This document shows, one piece after another, positions 46,233 to 54,829 of a stretch of DNA of 64,000 bases (positions are counted from its first letter, which is position 1; each line of letters starts with the position of its first letter). The notes under the pieces were generated by a model. That model ran no database searches. It saw only the letters and a list, made by a program, of their open reading frames with translations, and was not told where the DNA came from. Where the stretch lies: positions 126,343-190,342 of the forward strand of contig JALNZK010000002.1 of the NCBI GenBank assembly GCA_023229365.1, written 5' to 3'. This DNA is from Pseudomonadota bacterium (GTDB lineage: Bacteria; Myxococcota_A; Polyangia; JAAYKL01). Position numbers and translations under genes: made by a program.

Positions 46233-47035
46233 ACTTTAGGCTATTTTTAGAGCGAGAAGAGGGTGCTATAGAATGGGATACATATTATCCCAAGTGGACT
46301 CCACGACAACTTGGCGATAGGGGCATGATATCCGCATACGTTTCTAATAAACATATCAGCATTGACCAAAGCCCCTATCATCCGATGTTGAAAAAAGCCC
46401 TAAGGATATTGCTGCGACAAAAGCCACATTTAGCAAACAAGCCCTTGGATTTTGATGGTTGGTCACCAGGAACATTACAACAATTCTTATATAGCTCAGA
46501 ACCTATTGCCCCTAAAGATACACTCCCACAATTTATGTATCACGGCACATCCCTCCATCGCTGGGAACACATTAAAGAAGATGGCTTAAAACCCCTAATT
46601 GCGAGTGGTGGAGAATATGGGGCAGAGCCAATGAGTGCTCCACTTACCAACCCTAATAATGTTTACTTATCTGCAACTTTTGGAGCAGCTACCAGATTGG
46701 CCGCTTACGACGCTTCCAAAAAAGGAACAGGCGATGTTCCTGTTGTGTTGAAAATTAACACCAAACAACTTGATCCTCAAAAAATCAGACCTGATGAAGA
46801 GTCTCGTGCTACAACATGGCAAAAAAGTCTGCATGGCTTAAACACTATCGCCTACGAAGGCGAGATACCACCACAATCCATAGAACTCTATAAAGCTTGG
46901 AATCAACAAACGGATAAGTGGGAAAACCCAGGACAGTGGCTAGAGCCAACTGATTTTATAGCTCAACAAATGCTTCACAGGACAGGATATAAAGACATTC
47001 CCAACAGCACCGGCAAATATAAGTGGGCTAAATAG
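46229..47035 (+). CDS. Tpt1/KptA-like RNA 2'-phosphotransferase / ART-fold protein with a CTS-like N-terminus (MNFRLFLERE)
   Basis: LRILLRQKPHLAN...DFDGW vs KptA LSFVLRHKPE...DREGW; MYHGTS...GLKP...VYLSATF...VPVVLKI vs KptA LYHGTA...GL...VHLSAD...PVIL. Confidence 0.6.
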   Translation: MNFRLFLEREEGAIEWDTYYPKWTPRQLGDRGMISAYVSNKHISIDQSPYHPMLKKALRILLRQKPHLANKPLDFDGWSPGTLQQFLYSSEPIAPKDTLPQFMYHGTSLHRWEHIKEDGLKPLIASGGEYGAEPMSAPLTNPNNVYLSATFGAATRLAAYDASKKGTGDVPVVLKINTKQLDPQKIRPDEESRATTWQKSLHGLNTIAYEGEIPPQSIELYKAWNQQTDKWENPGQWLEPTDFIAQQMLHRTGYKDIPNSTGKYKWAK

Positions 47036-47194
47036 CAAAAAACGCTATCGGCCCCAAAGCCAAACAAAGTAAAAAACAAAATAAAAAAGAAACCCATTCT
47101 GTCAAACTCTTCGGCACACCACATTGCCAACTCACTCTACAAAATTGCATAAATCCAAGTAACATCCATATCAACAACACAATTAAAAGAAAAT

Positions 47195-47887
47195 ATGCCA
47201 TTTCGGCCTCCTTTTAATATATATATCAATATGACATTGCCATTTGAAAACAATAAAGACGTAAGAAAGTACCAGTGTTTTGTCTGTGGAGTGCAGTTCT
47301 TAGAACTCAACGAAATGACAGAGCACATCAAAGAAAAACACCAAGAAGGCAGAGATTATGTGCTTTGTCCTTTGCTCTATTGCAAATGTTGCGTTAGGGA
47401 TTTAGTTCATCATTTTAAAGCACGTCACCCTTCTCAGCCCCTGCCCAAAAACAGACAAATGAAAGCTATTGTATGGAAAGATTTTACCGCCCAAGGAACG
47501 GCAAAAAAGAAAAAACAAAGATTTAAAGAGGGTTGGTATGTTTCTACAAAAATGAATAAGCAATTTTATTTTAGAAGCGGTTGGGAAGAAACTGTATTCG
47601 AATGTCTGGACCAAATGAATGAAGTAGCCGCTTATGAAGCAGAGCCTTTTAAAGTTCCCTACATCTGGGAAGGCACTCAGCACGAATACAATCCCGACAT
47701 TCTGGTGGTGTTTAATGATGGGCGTAAAGAGGTTTGGGAAATAAAACCATCAGATCAAACCTCTTTACAACAAAATAAAAATAAATGGCATGCAGCTAAT
47801 GAAATGTGTAAAGCTAGAGGATGGGAATTTATTGTAATGACAGAGAAGGGAATCAATCAATTAAAGAAAAGGGTTGGAAAGAAATGA
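47195..47887 (+). CDS. C2H2-type zinc finger fused to a PD-(D/E)xK nuclease-fold domain
   Basis: CFVCGVQF...H....H zinc finger; NPDILVV...EVWEIKP. Confidence 0.45.
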   Translation: MPFRPPFNIYINMTLPFENNKDVRKYQCFVCGVQFLELNEMTEHIKEKHQEGRDYVLCPLLYCKCCVRDLVHHFKARHPSQPLPKNRQMKAIVWKDFTAQGTAKKKKQRFKEGWYVSTKMNKQFYFRSGWEETVFECLDQMNEVAAYEAEPFKVPYIWEGTQHEYNPDILVVFNDGRKEVWEIKPSDQTSLQQNKNKWHAANEMCKARGWEFIVMTEKGINQLKKRVGKK

Positions 47888-48462
47888 CTTTTCGCATCTG
47901 GTTGGAACAGAATCGTCCACAAGTTGAGCCGAATTTTTCAATGCAAGTCTGGGATGCCTGCATTAAGCACGTTCCTGTTGGTACTACTATTTACCGAGGG
48001 TTTAGAATCCATAAAGATTTGCGAAAAATGACCATTCGACAAATTCTCTCACAATCTTTTAAAAGCAATGCAAAACCCTTCGATCCGTGGACTTTGGATT
48101 TTGCCGTAGCTCAAAGATTTGCTGCCGGGGCTCACAGCAATGCTGATGGAACATCAGGAAGAATGGAAGACACAGCCAGAGTAATTGTATCAGCTAAAAT
48201 TGTCCAACATAGAAATGTAATAGATTTGAAACAATTTGGCGACAAAATAATGGGCCACAACGTAAGCAAAGGCAGTGGCATTAACACCTATTGGCAACCT
48301 AGAATGATTGGCAAAGCAACAATCGATGATCGTGATGTGGAAAATGAAATACCCATTTTAAGAACCGCCTATGCTAACCCTCAACTATTTCCTTTAACTG
48401 GATATTGGACAGAAGAAAACGGACAATGGGTGCAAGGAAACAAACCAGCAGCCTTATCTTAA
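47884..48462 (+). CDS. CTS-like protein (MTFRIWLEQN); possible R-S-E-type ART (IYRGF, SQS)
   Basis: ATGA overlap with the upstream stop; weak ART motifs. Confidence 0.45.
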   Translation: MTFRIWLEQNRPQVEPNFSMQVWDACIKHVPVGTTIYRGFRIHKDLRKMTIRQILSQSFKSNAKPFDPWTLDFAVAQRFAAGAHSNADGTSGRMEDTARVIVSAKIVQHRNVIDLKQFGDKIMGHNVSKGSGINTYWQPRMIGKATIDDRDVENEIPILRTAYANPQLFPLTGYWTEENGQWVQGNKPAALS

Positions 48463-48773
48463 AACCCATCAATAAAAATAACAGTCTCTACACCTTCTTT
48501 GCTTTCTAAATATACTGTATCTGGCTCTATTGTGTTATCTATCACAAGCTCCAATCGCCGTTCTCCAAATCCTGTTTCTAATTGCTCCTCAAAACTTGGC
48601 ATACAATAAAAAGTAGAGGCAATATCACTGGTAGTTCTGAGTTTGGTGGTGCTGAAACCACAACGCCCTTTGATGAAATAATGCAATGCATTAATTTTTT
48701 CAACTTCAGTGGCGGGTGGATGGTCAACAACTATATTAAAGTCATAAGTTAAAGCGTTCATGATCTTAGCCAT
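48459..48773 (-). CDS. hypothetical protein
   Basis: 104 aa. Confidence 0.4.
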   Translation of the reverse strand: MAKIMNALTYDFNIVVDHPPATEVEKINALHYFIKGRCGFSTTKLRTTSDIASTFYCMPSFEEQLETGFGERRLELVIDNTIEPDTVYLESKEGVETVIFIDGF

Positions 48774-49975
48774 TCCCTAAATCCCATCTTACGCAACATT
48801 TCCTTGGTGTTATGTTGCATAATATGTTGCCCAATTTCTTTGCCTTGTAATTCGGCTGCCCCTGGAACTTCATCCCTGTTCATCAATTGGTGTGTTCGCA
48901 ACTGTTGAATAGCACGAGTATCCAGACCATGCAACTGACTCCATGCTTCCAAATCCTCAGGTGACATATCCCGCTGCCCTTTTCTCAGACTCCACAAGAA
49001 GGCAGGATGCTCTTTTAGCTTATCTTGAATATTGGGCAAATGAAGCAAATTGACCAAATACACCACATTGTCCACTTCATCATTAGTGTATTTTAATTGA
49101 TTTAATTTTCTTCTGATCTTTTCCACATCATTGAGCCGCAACAGATGGGCAACCAATATAACAGGATTCTTGGTCTCCACATAATCATGGCTGACCACTA
49201 ACCCTGGAAATACATATTTTTGCAACAATCCTAATTGATGATAGAGACTTACATAACCCACAACTGATTTAGCAGATTTTAAACCCTTAATAAATTCGTC
49301 TCTGACCCGCTCGGGTGCCACAGCCACGCCATTATCGCTTGCCAGCCCATTATTGACTCGTTTTTCAATAGCCGCACGAGTTGCTTCATCAATGCCTCTG
49401 ATGTCGCCATGATTTACACGGCAATAGAACCGCACATATCTTAAAACTCTCAGAGCATCCTCGCCAAACCGTTGGTCGGGATCACCCACAGTTTTAACAC
49501 GTCGCTCTTTCAAGTCTTGTAATCCGCCAACCAAATCAACCACTTCATGACTGTCTAAATCATAATAAAGAGCGTTGATTGTTAAATCTCTTCTTTCGGC
49601 ATCGTCTTGGATATGGGAAAATTTATCAGCTACTTGACGACTGCCAGAATCCTTGCGAAAAGTGGCAATTTCATAATCTTCATTACCAATTGAGGCTATA
49701 ACCACCCCGAATTGATTTCCTACAGCACCTTTGGTATGGTTAATGCCACCAGCTTTAAGAATTTCCATTACTTCTGTGGGCTGTGCATTCGTGGCTAAAT
49801 CGAAATCTTTGGGCTGTTTTCCCAATACTGCATCTCGTACTGCACCTCCCACCAAATATAGATGTTTGCCCGATTTTTTAAATACTCTATGAATAACATG
49901 AATATCCTCTGGCAAATTGATTGACAGGTGCATTCGCACTTCTTTACTTTCTAAAAATTGCATAAAACTAACCAT
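48758..49975 (-). CDS. cca: CCA-adding tRNA nucleotidyltransferase (class II NTase head) with a CTS-like N-terminus (MVSFMQFLES)
   Basis: HLYLVGGAVRDAVLGKQPKDFDLAT, RRDLTINAL. Confidence 0.8.
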   Translation of the reverse strand: MVSFMQFLESKEVRMHLSINLPEDIHVIHRVFKKSGKHLYLVGGAVRDAVLGKQPKDFDLATNAQPTEVMEILKAGGINHTKGAVGNQFGVVIASIGNEDYEIATFRKDSGSRQVADKFSHIQDDAERRDLTINALYYDLDSHEVVDLVGGLQDLKERRVKTVGDPDQRFGEDALRVLRYVRFYCRVNHGDIRGIDEATRAAIEKRVNNGLASDNGVAVAPERVRDEFIKGLKSAKSVVGYVSLYHQLGLLQKYVFPGLVVSHDYVETKNPVILVAHLLRLNDVEKIRRKLNQLKYTNDEVDNVVYLVNLLHLPNIQDKLKEHPAFLWSLRKGQRDMSPEDLEAWSQLHGLDTRAIQQLRTHQLMNRDEVPGAAELQGKEIGQHIMQHNTKEMLRKMGFREWLRS

Positions 49976-49994
49976 ACCTTATATATAATATAAA

Positions 49995-50639
49995 ATGAAC
50001 TTTAGAAATTGGATAGAGCACAAATGGTACGAATTTAAAGATACCGTGGAATTATATCACGGCACCTCTAGTGCCTTGCTTCCAATTATTAAAACGAATG
50101 GATTGGTGCCACCTGATGAGTGTTTAGAGTCATATGCTATTAAAATAATCAAATCATATGGAGTTGCCGCAAGCCCGCAATTAATGGAATGGATTCACAA
50201 ATACGCAATTTCATCAAGAGCTAATGAACCAAACAACAAAATAGCTAACGTAATTTATTTAACTCCCAAATTCGAGAATGCAAAAAACTACGCAAAATCC
50301 ACCCATAAATTTGGGGGAGAAATGGCGGCTGACATTTGGCGAGCTATCAATGTAATTGAAAGCAAAAAAAGAGGTTTGCCAAAAATGCAGGAAATTATAC
50401 CTCCCATTTACAAAGAATCTCATCCTGTAGTATTAGAAGTAGAAATCCCATCTAAATGGATGAATACATATCATGATTTAGCACAACGATATAAAGATGC
50501 ATTAGACTACTGGGCAACCTTGAAATCTAAGCCAGATGTTCACGATTTTATGGAGAAAGAATTTGGTCGCTTTGAAATAAGAGTAGAAGAGACTATTCCT
50601 GCGTCAATGATAAGAAAAATTCACGCAATAATGTCCTGA
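49995..50639 (+). CDS. Tpt1/ART-fold C-lobe-like protein with a CTS-like N-terminus (MNFRNWIEHK)
   Basis: LYHGTS...GLVP...VIYLTP. Confidence 0.5.
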   Translation: MNFRNWIEHKWYEFKDTVELYHGTSSALLPIIKTNGLVPPDECLESYAIKIIKSYGVAASPQLMEWIHKYAISSRANEPNNKIANVIYLTPKFENAKNYAKSTHKFGGEMAADIWRAINVIESKKRGLPKMQEIIPPIYKESHPVVLEVEIPSKWMNTYHDLAQRYKDALDYWATLKSKPDVHDFMEKEFGRFEIRVEETIPASMIRKIHAIMS

Positions 50640-51271
50640 AATATCTTGTGATTCTCTGAATCTTTCCCTGGGATGGCAAACACTACGTTTTCAAACACTT
50701 TGTCAAATTCACCACCCTTCAAAAACACCTTAAATGTAGTAGCAATCATGGCGGGAGAATTATTAAATATTCCACATCCCCATGCTCCAAGAATTAAATG
50801 TTTGTGGTTGTGAACAGCGGCAATTTCAAGAATGCGACGAATACGATTCACAATCAGCAAAGTGTCTTTTGGCTCGGGATTAACCACCGCTGGCATGGAA
50901 ATTACAGCTACCGAATAAGGATCAACAGGGTCTAATTGCTTGTCTTTATTCACCACCACATTAGAGCAATATATAGCATCTAGTCCATTGCGAGGAAGAG
51001 GATAGTATTTATGAATCTCAGGAATATCTAACAATTCTGGCAAATTGGAACGACGAAAAAGGTCTTCTTCTTGAGTGCGAATCGGCATACGCAAATTGCG
51101 AACTGATTCGTAGCCCCCACCAGGACGCTTATGAGAAGCAAAATTTAAACAACAAGCGTGGTCAAACTCAGCGGCTGTTGTGAATGTGTCATTATCAACA
51201 ACTGAGAATTGTGTCTGCTCCACCACAGGAGATGGCACAAATGAGAACCCCTCTGAATATAATTGAATCAT
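50621..51271 (-). CDS. PARG-like macrodomain protein (DUF2263 / TIGR02452 family)
   Basis: LNFASHKRPGGG...QEED...RRS and LILGAWGCGIF. Confidence 0.6.
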   Translation of the reverse strand: MIQLYSEGFSFVPSPVVEQTQFSVVDNDTFTTAAEFDHACCLNFASHKRPGGGYESVRNLRMPIRTQEEDLFRRSNLPELLDIPEIHKYYPLPRNGLDAIYCSNVVVNKDKQLDPVDPYSVAVISMPAVVNPEPKDTLLIVNRIRRILEIAAVHNHKHLILGAWGCGIFNNSPAMIATTFKVFLKGGEFDKVFENVVFAIPGKDSENHKIFQDIIA

Positions 51272-51274
51272 AAT

Positions 51275-51553
51275 CTACCAATGTTCTTTGGTGTTTAATG
51301 TATGAATAAAATTTCCAATCTCCTGCAATACCTTTTCAGCATCATTACCTTCTGCCTCAAAAATTATTTCGCTGCCTGATTGAATGCCCATAGAAAGCAT
51401 TTCCAACACAGAGCTAACATGTGCTCTTTCGCCATTATGTACAAGTATTACTTTAGCTGAAAATGGCTTAATTAACGCTGCCAACGCTGTGCATGGTCGA
51501 GCATGTAAGCCGCAAGGATATGTTAAAATAAGGGTTTTTGTCACTCTGTCCAC
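51275..51553 (-). CDS. HPr-like phosphocarrier protein
   Basis: GLHARP (His15 context) and ...SSVLEMLSMG... (Ser46 context); 92 aa. Confidence 0.6.
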   Translation of the reverse strand: MDRVTKTLILTYPCGLHARPCTALAALIKPFSAKVILVHNGERAHVSSVLEMLSMGIQSGSEIIFEAEGNDAEKVLQEIGNFIHTLNTKEHW

Positions 51554-51870
51554 CTATTATTTTGAGAATGATCTTCTTCTATCCACCTTTGGGCCTGTAA
51601 ACAATCTCTTCTATAAGGACAATGCAAAGCACAATAACAAGCCCGATAGCCAGCATTAAATCCTGATGCGTATAGCTTTAGAAAATGCTCTTCGGCAAAT
51701 TCCCACCCCACATCCTTGTGTTGCTCTTCAGATAAATACCATTTATCCTCCTCAATTGCATGTTGCATTATTTTAGCCTGGAGGATAAAAAAATCTTTGT
51801 TAGTACAAACTTGCTGCATGGCACCTCCTTGCAGATTATTTATACTTGTTATGCTGGTGTTTCCAGCCAC
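51541..51870 (-). CDS. hypothetical Cys-rich protein
   Basis: 109 aa. Confidence 0.35.
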   Translation of the reverse strand: MAGNTSITSINNLQGGAMQQVCTNKDFFILQAKIMQHAIEEDKWYLSEEQHKDVGWEFAEEHFLKLYASGFNAGYRACYCALHCPYRRDCLQAQRWIEEDHSQNNRWTE

Positions 51871-52382
51871 AAATCCCCAGATTTTTCTATTGCCAAATCT
51901 TCATAGGGTGCAGTTCTTCTTCTATACATTTCGTCAATTACATCTGTAAAAACGCCAAGAAAGAAAATGCACTCTTCTGGGGTGTAAAATTCTCGCTGAC
52001 TCATCACCGCTCGCCACAATGCTCCCTTTATAAAAGATCGCATACAATATCTCGCCGGGGGTCTACCTGGAGCATCACCTGTTAGTCCCCAACACAAACT
52101 GGATAGGCTATAATTCAAGTCACCAGCCATATCCTCTTTGTTGGCTGGAAGGGTTCTTGCTAATTCAGTGGCATATTCTTTTAGCTTTGCTCCCATTCCA
52201 GTTATAGTGGTATTAGGAAACTTCGGGTCAGCCAATCTTTTTATTTCACGTACTAAACTGCTTGAAAAAGTGGCAACCAAAGTGGCTTGTATCATTGGTG
52301 ATTCATTACTGGGAATTAGCCCCATCACCTTTGCAATTATTGCATCGTACTTCGATCTATTTTCGTTCTTGATGTATGGCAT
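51849..52382 (-). CDS. hypothetical protein
   Basis: 177 aa. Confidence 0.4.
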   Translation of the reverse strand: MPYIKNENRSKYDAIIAKVMGLIPSNESPMIQATLVATFSSSLVREIKRLADPKFPNTTITGMGAKLKEYATELARTLPANKEDMAGDLNYSLSSLCWGLTGDAPGRPPARYCMRSFIKGALWRAVMSQREFYTPEECIFFLGVFTDVIDEMYRRRTAPYEDLAIEKSGDLWLETPA

Positions 52383-52391
52383 TTTTATTCC

Positions 52392-52997
52392 TTATGTTTT
52401 ACTTGCGATTATAGACTGCACTTTTTCTTGTTGTGCGTTTTTTACGACTTCCCGCTCTTCCATTCTTTGTTCTAAAATATCACCCATTATGGCACTATTG
52501 CGTATATATTCCGAAGCTCTTTGTAGAGTTTGATAATCCTCAGCGAAATAAGAAAGACCAAAATTACACCTAAAGCACAACAGCCCTCTAATTTTTCCAC
52601 AGTTATGATCGTGATCTACATGTAATCGCTTGCCTTCCTTAGGCGGCTTACCACAAATAGCACACCCACCGCCTTGTTGCTCAAGCATAAAACTATAATC
52701 ATCTATAGTCAACCCATACTGTCTGAGTTTTTTGATATGGTTGTAGTCTTTGTCTTTTTTGGCTACCCACTCTTTTTGAACTTGCTTCTTGCGTTGCTTG
52801 TTTTTTTTGGTCCACTCTACACAATTATCCTTCTGTTTCTTTAAATACTCTGGATTATTTTGCTTAAGCCATTTGTCATAACAACTCTTGCACAACCCTC
52901 TTGCCCAAACTGGCCTATCGCTATGCACAGAACACATTTTACTGGCTTTTATATCTTGCTTCAATCCACCCTGTTTGTTTTTAATTTTCTTTAACAC
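52392..52997 (-). CDS. Endonuclease VII-family (T4 gp49-like) junction-resolving / HNH-type nuclease with an N-terminal zinc ribbon
   Basis: CAICGKP...RLHVDHDHNCGKIRGLLCFRCN. Confidence 0.7.
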   Translation of the reverse strand: MLKKIKNKQGGLKQDIKASKMCSVHSDRPVWARGLCKSCYDKWLKQNNPEYLKKQKDNCVEWTKKNKQRKKQVQKEWVAKKDKDYNHIKKLRQYGLTIDDYSFMLEQQGGGCAICGKPPKEGKRLHVDHDHNCGKIRGLLCFRCNFGLSYFAEDYQTLQRASEYIRNSAIMGDILEQRMEEREVVKNAQQEKVQSIIASKT

Positions 52998-53058
52998 AAC
53001 TTCCCTTCTGCCAATTGTTTGCCTTATGTATTATATAGTAATTGGCAGAAATATTTTT

Positions 53059-53457
53059 TCATCTATTTTTCAAAATATTTGGAAGATTGTCTAGTTCTTT
53101 TGGCAAAATGCCCGCATTTATCATCTCTTGAGTTTCTAATAAACAGCAAGCGTTCCAAATCACCGCACTCAGGTGATCTTCGTCTTGTAGTCCTGCTGTA
53201 AATTTAAATGCGTGCCGAAGCATAGAATCCAAATACCTGCTCAGGGGAATACCCTTTGCCCAATTTGAATCTCCATATTTCCTAGCCCCGTTTTCAAAAT
53301 GTTGTGCCAGTCGGGTAATCGCATAATATGGCAACAAATCAAACCTTCCCTTGCCATCTTGGGTGTCCCTAACAGCCCCGGTGCCAAACTCTTGTCTAGC
53401 CCCTGAATCCATTACCTTGTCGAATTTAGTTGGTGTCTCGCTCATGTTAAACCTCAC
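53059..53457 (-). CDS. possible dATP/dGTP diphosphohydrolase N-domain-like protein
   Basis: DSGARQEFGTGAVRD..GKGRFDLLP. Confidence 0.4.
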   Translation of the reverse strand: MRFNMSETPTKFDKVMDSGARQEFGTGAVRDTQDGKGRFDLLPYYAITRLAQHFENGARKYGDSNWAKGIPLSRYLDSMLRHAFKFTAGLQDEDHLSAVIWNACCLLETQEMINAGILPKELDNLPNILKNR

Positions 53458-53502
53458 TTGTAATCTCTACATACTATACTATAATGTGATGCAGAGGTCA
53501 AT

Positions 53503-53838
53503 ATGTTAAAAAAGAAAAAATTAAAACCAATTTGTAAAAATTGTAGTTTATTTGATCGAAACAACAGCATATGCAGAGTGGTTATTTTATCCGAAGGTGA
53601 ACGCATCAACATTCCTGTTGACCCCGATGATAAGTGTTTTTTCAACAATAAGTTTACTGCTCTTGAAGAAAAAGCAGGGAAAATTGTTGAAGAACAATTT
53701 AAGCCAGAAATTGAACAAGTCCGATGGTGGGTAGAAGACCCAGAAACTGGACAACAAACTAAGGGAAACGGCGTTGTAAAAATGCAATATCCAAAAAACT
53801 TTTTCTCTCCCGAGGATAAAGATGTTCGAAAAAATTAA
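53503..53838 (+). CDS. zinc-ribbon protein
   Basis: CKNCSLF...C. Confidence 0.4.
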   Translation: MLKKKKLKPICKNCSLFDRNNSICRVVILSEGERINIPVDPDDKCFFNNKFTALEEKAGKIVEEQFKPEIEQVRWWVEDPETGQQTKGNGVVKMQYPKNFFSPEDKDVRKN

Positions 53839-54460
53839 ATACAAATACTGGGAAATAGTGCCGTATGATTGGCGACCTTGGCAAATGTGGTATCGCTTCA
53901 AGTCCTTTATTTGGACTCGCCCCACAGTTATCAAGCCTCGCTATTTACCTTATACTTGGTGCGACAGAATGGAAATGCTGCCCCATATGATGTTTGAGAT
54001 ATTATCTCAATTCATTGAACAAGAGTGCTCGCCTGGGCATGTGGATTGGGAAGCTTCCGATCACAAGATTCGTGTGGTAAAAGACGATTCTATTGATCCC
54101 GGTAGCGGCCTTCCATTGGACCCCGGCAAAATGGTCAATGTTCGTGACGAAATGCAGGAACTTTATGATTGGTGGCATAATGTTTATATGAAAGAATATA
54201 AAGAGGTAGAAGAAATTCTTTGGGCAGAAGCCAGAAAACACGAGCCAATTGACCGATGGGAAGAAGACGATGATAAAAAAATGGCTGGACTCTACGGCGA
54301 AACCCTTTATAAATGGGAGCAAAATTTTAAAACCACCGAAGATGAAGAAATTTATCACGATTGTTTAATGGCACTCAACAAATTAGAAGCCAATCAACAC
54401 AAAGCATTATTAGCAAGGATGCACAGAATAGTCAATCTGACTGGTTATTTGTGGACGTAA
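53822..54460 (+). CDS. hypothetical protein
   Basis: 212 aa. Confidence 0.45.
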   Translation: MFEKIKYKYWEIVPYDWRPWQMWYRFKSFIWTRPTVIKPRYLPYTWCDRMEMLPHMMFEILSQFIEQECSPGHVDWEASDHKIRVVKDDSIDPGSGLPLDPGKMVNVRDEMQELYDWWHNVYMKEYKEVEEILWAEARKHEPIDRWEEDDDKKMAGLYGETLYKWEQNFKTTEDEEIYHDCLMALNKLEANQHKALLARMHRIVNLTGYLWT

Positions 54461-54475
54461 TATCTATATACTTCT

Positions 54476-54829
54476 ATGAGTTTTAGACAATTTGTAGAAG
54501 ATGCTGCGGCTTGGGATGCTTTTCAAGACGTTTTCTTTGTTGGAGAATACGAAGGGCAAGCAAGTGATTTCTATTGCTGGCTTCGCCAACGCTGGAGTGC
54601 CAATCAATCCCCTCAAGATTATGATTACAAAGGATTGGAAAGATTGTTTGCTGATTGGAAAAAAAGCACAGTTCGTGGTGCATGGTGTGCAAAAATGGAT
54701 CGAAGTCGAGATCGCAAACGAAGAAAAGACTTCGGCCCAGGCAAATATTGGGCACCTACATCAGCAGGTGTCTTCCTAAATAAAAACTTTGTAAAAGGAT
54801 GGAGAGGTATCAATCCAGCAAACCCATGA
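54476..54829 (+). CDS. CTS-like protein (MSFRQFVEDA)
   Basis: 117 aa. Confidence 0.45.
   Translation: MSFRQFVEDAAAWDAFQDVFFVGEYEGQASDFYCWLRQRWSANQSPQDYDYKGLERLFADWKKSTVRGAWCAKMDRSRDRKRRKDFGPGKYWAPTSAGVFLNKNFVKGWRGINPANP

Noticed and set aside
47137-47331. 64-aa minus-strand ORF
   Set aside because: Overlaps the start of the plus-strand C2H2/PD-(D/E)xK gene, and no motifs.
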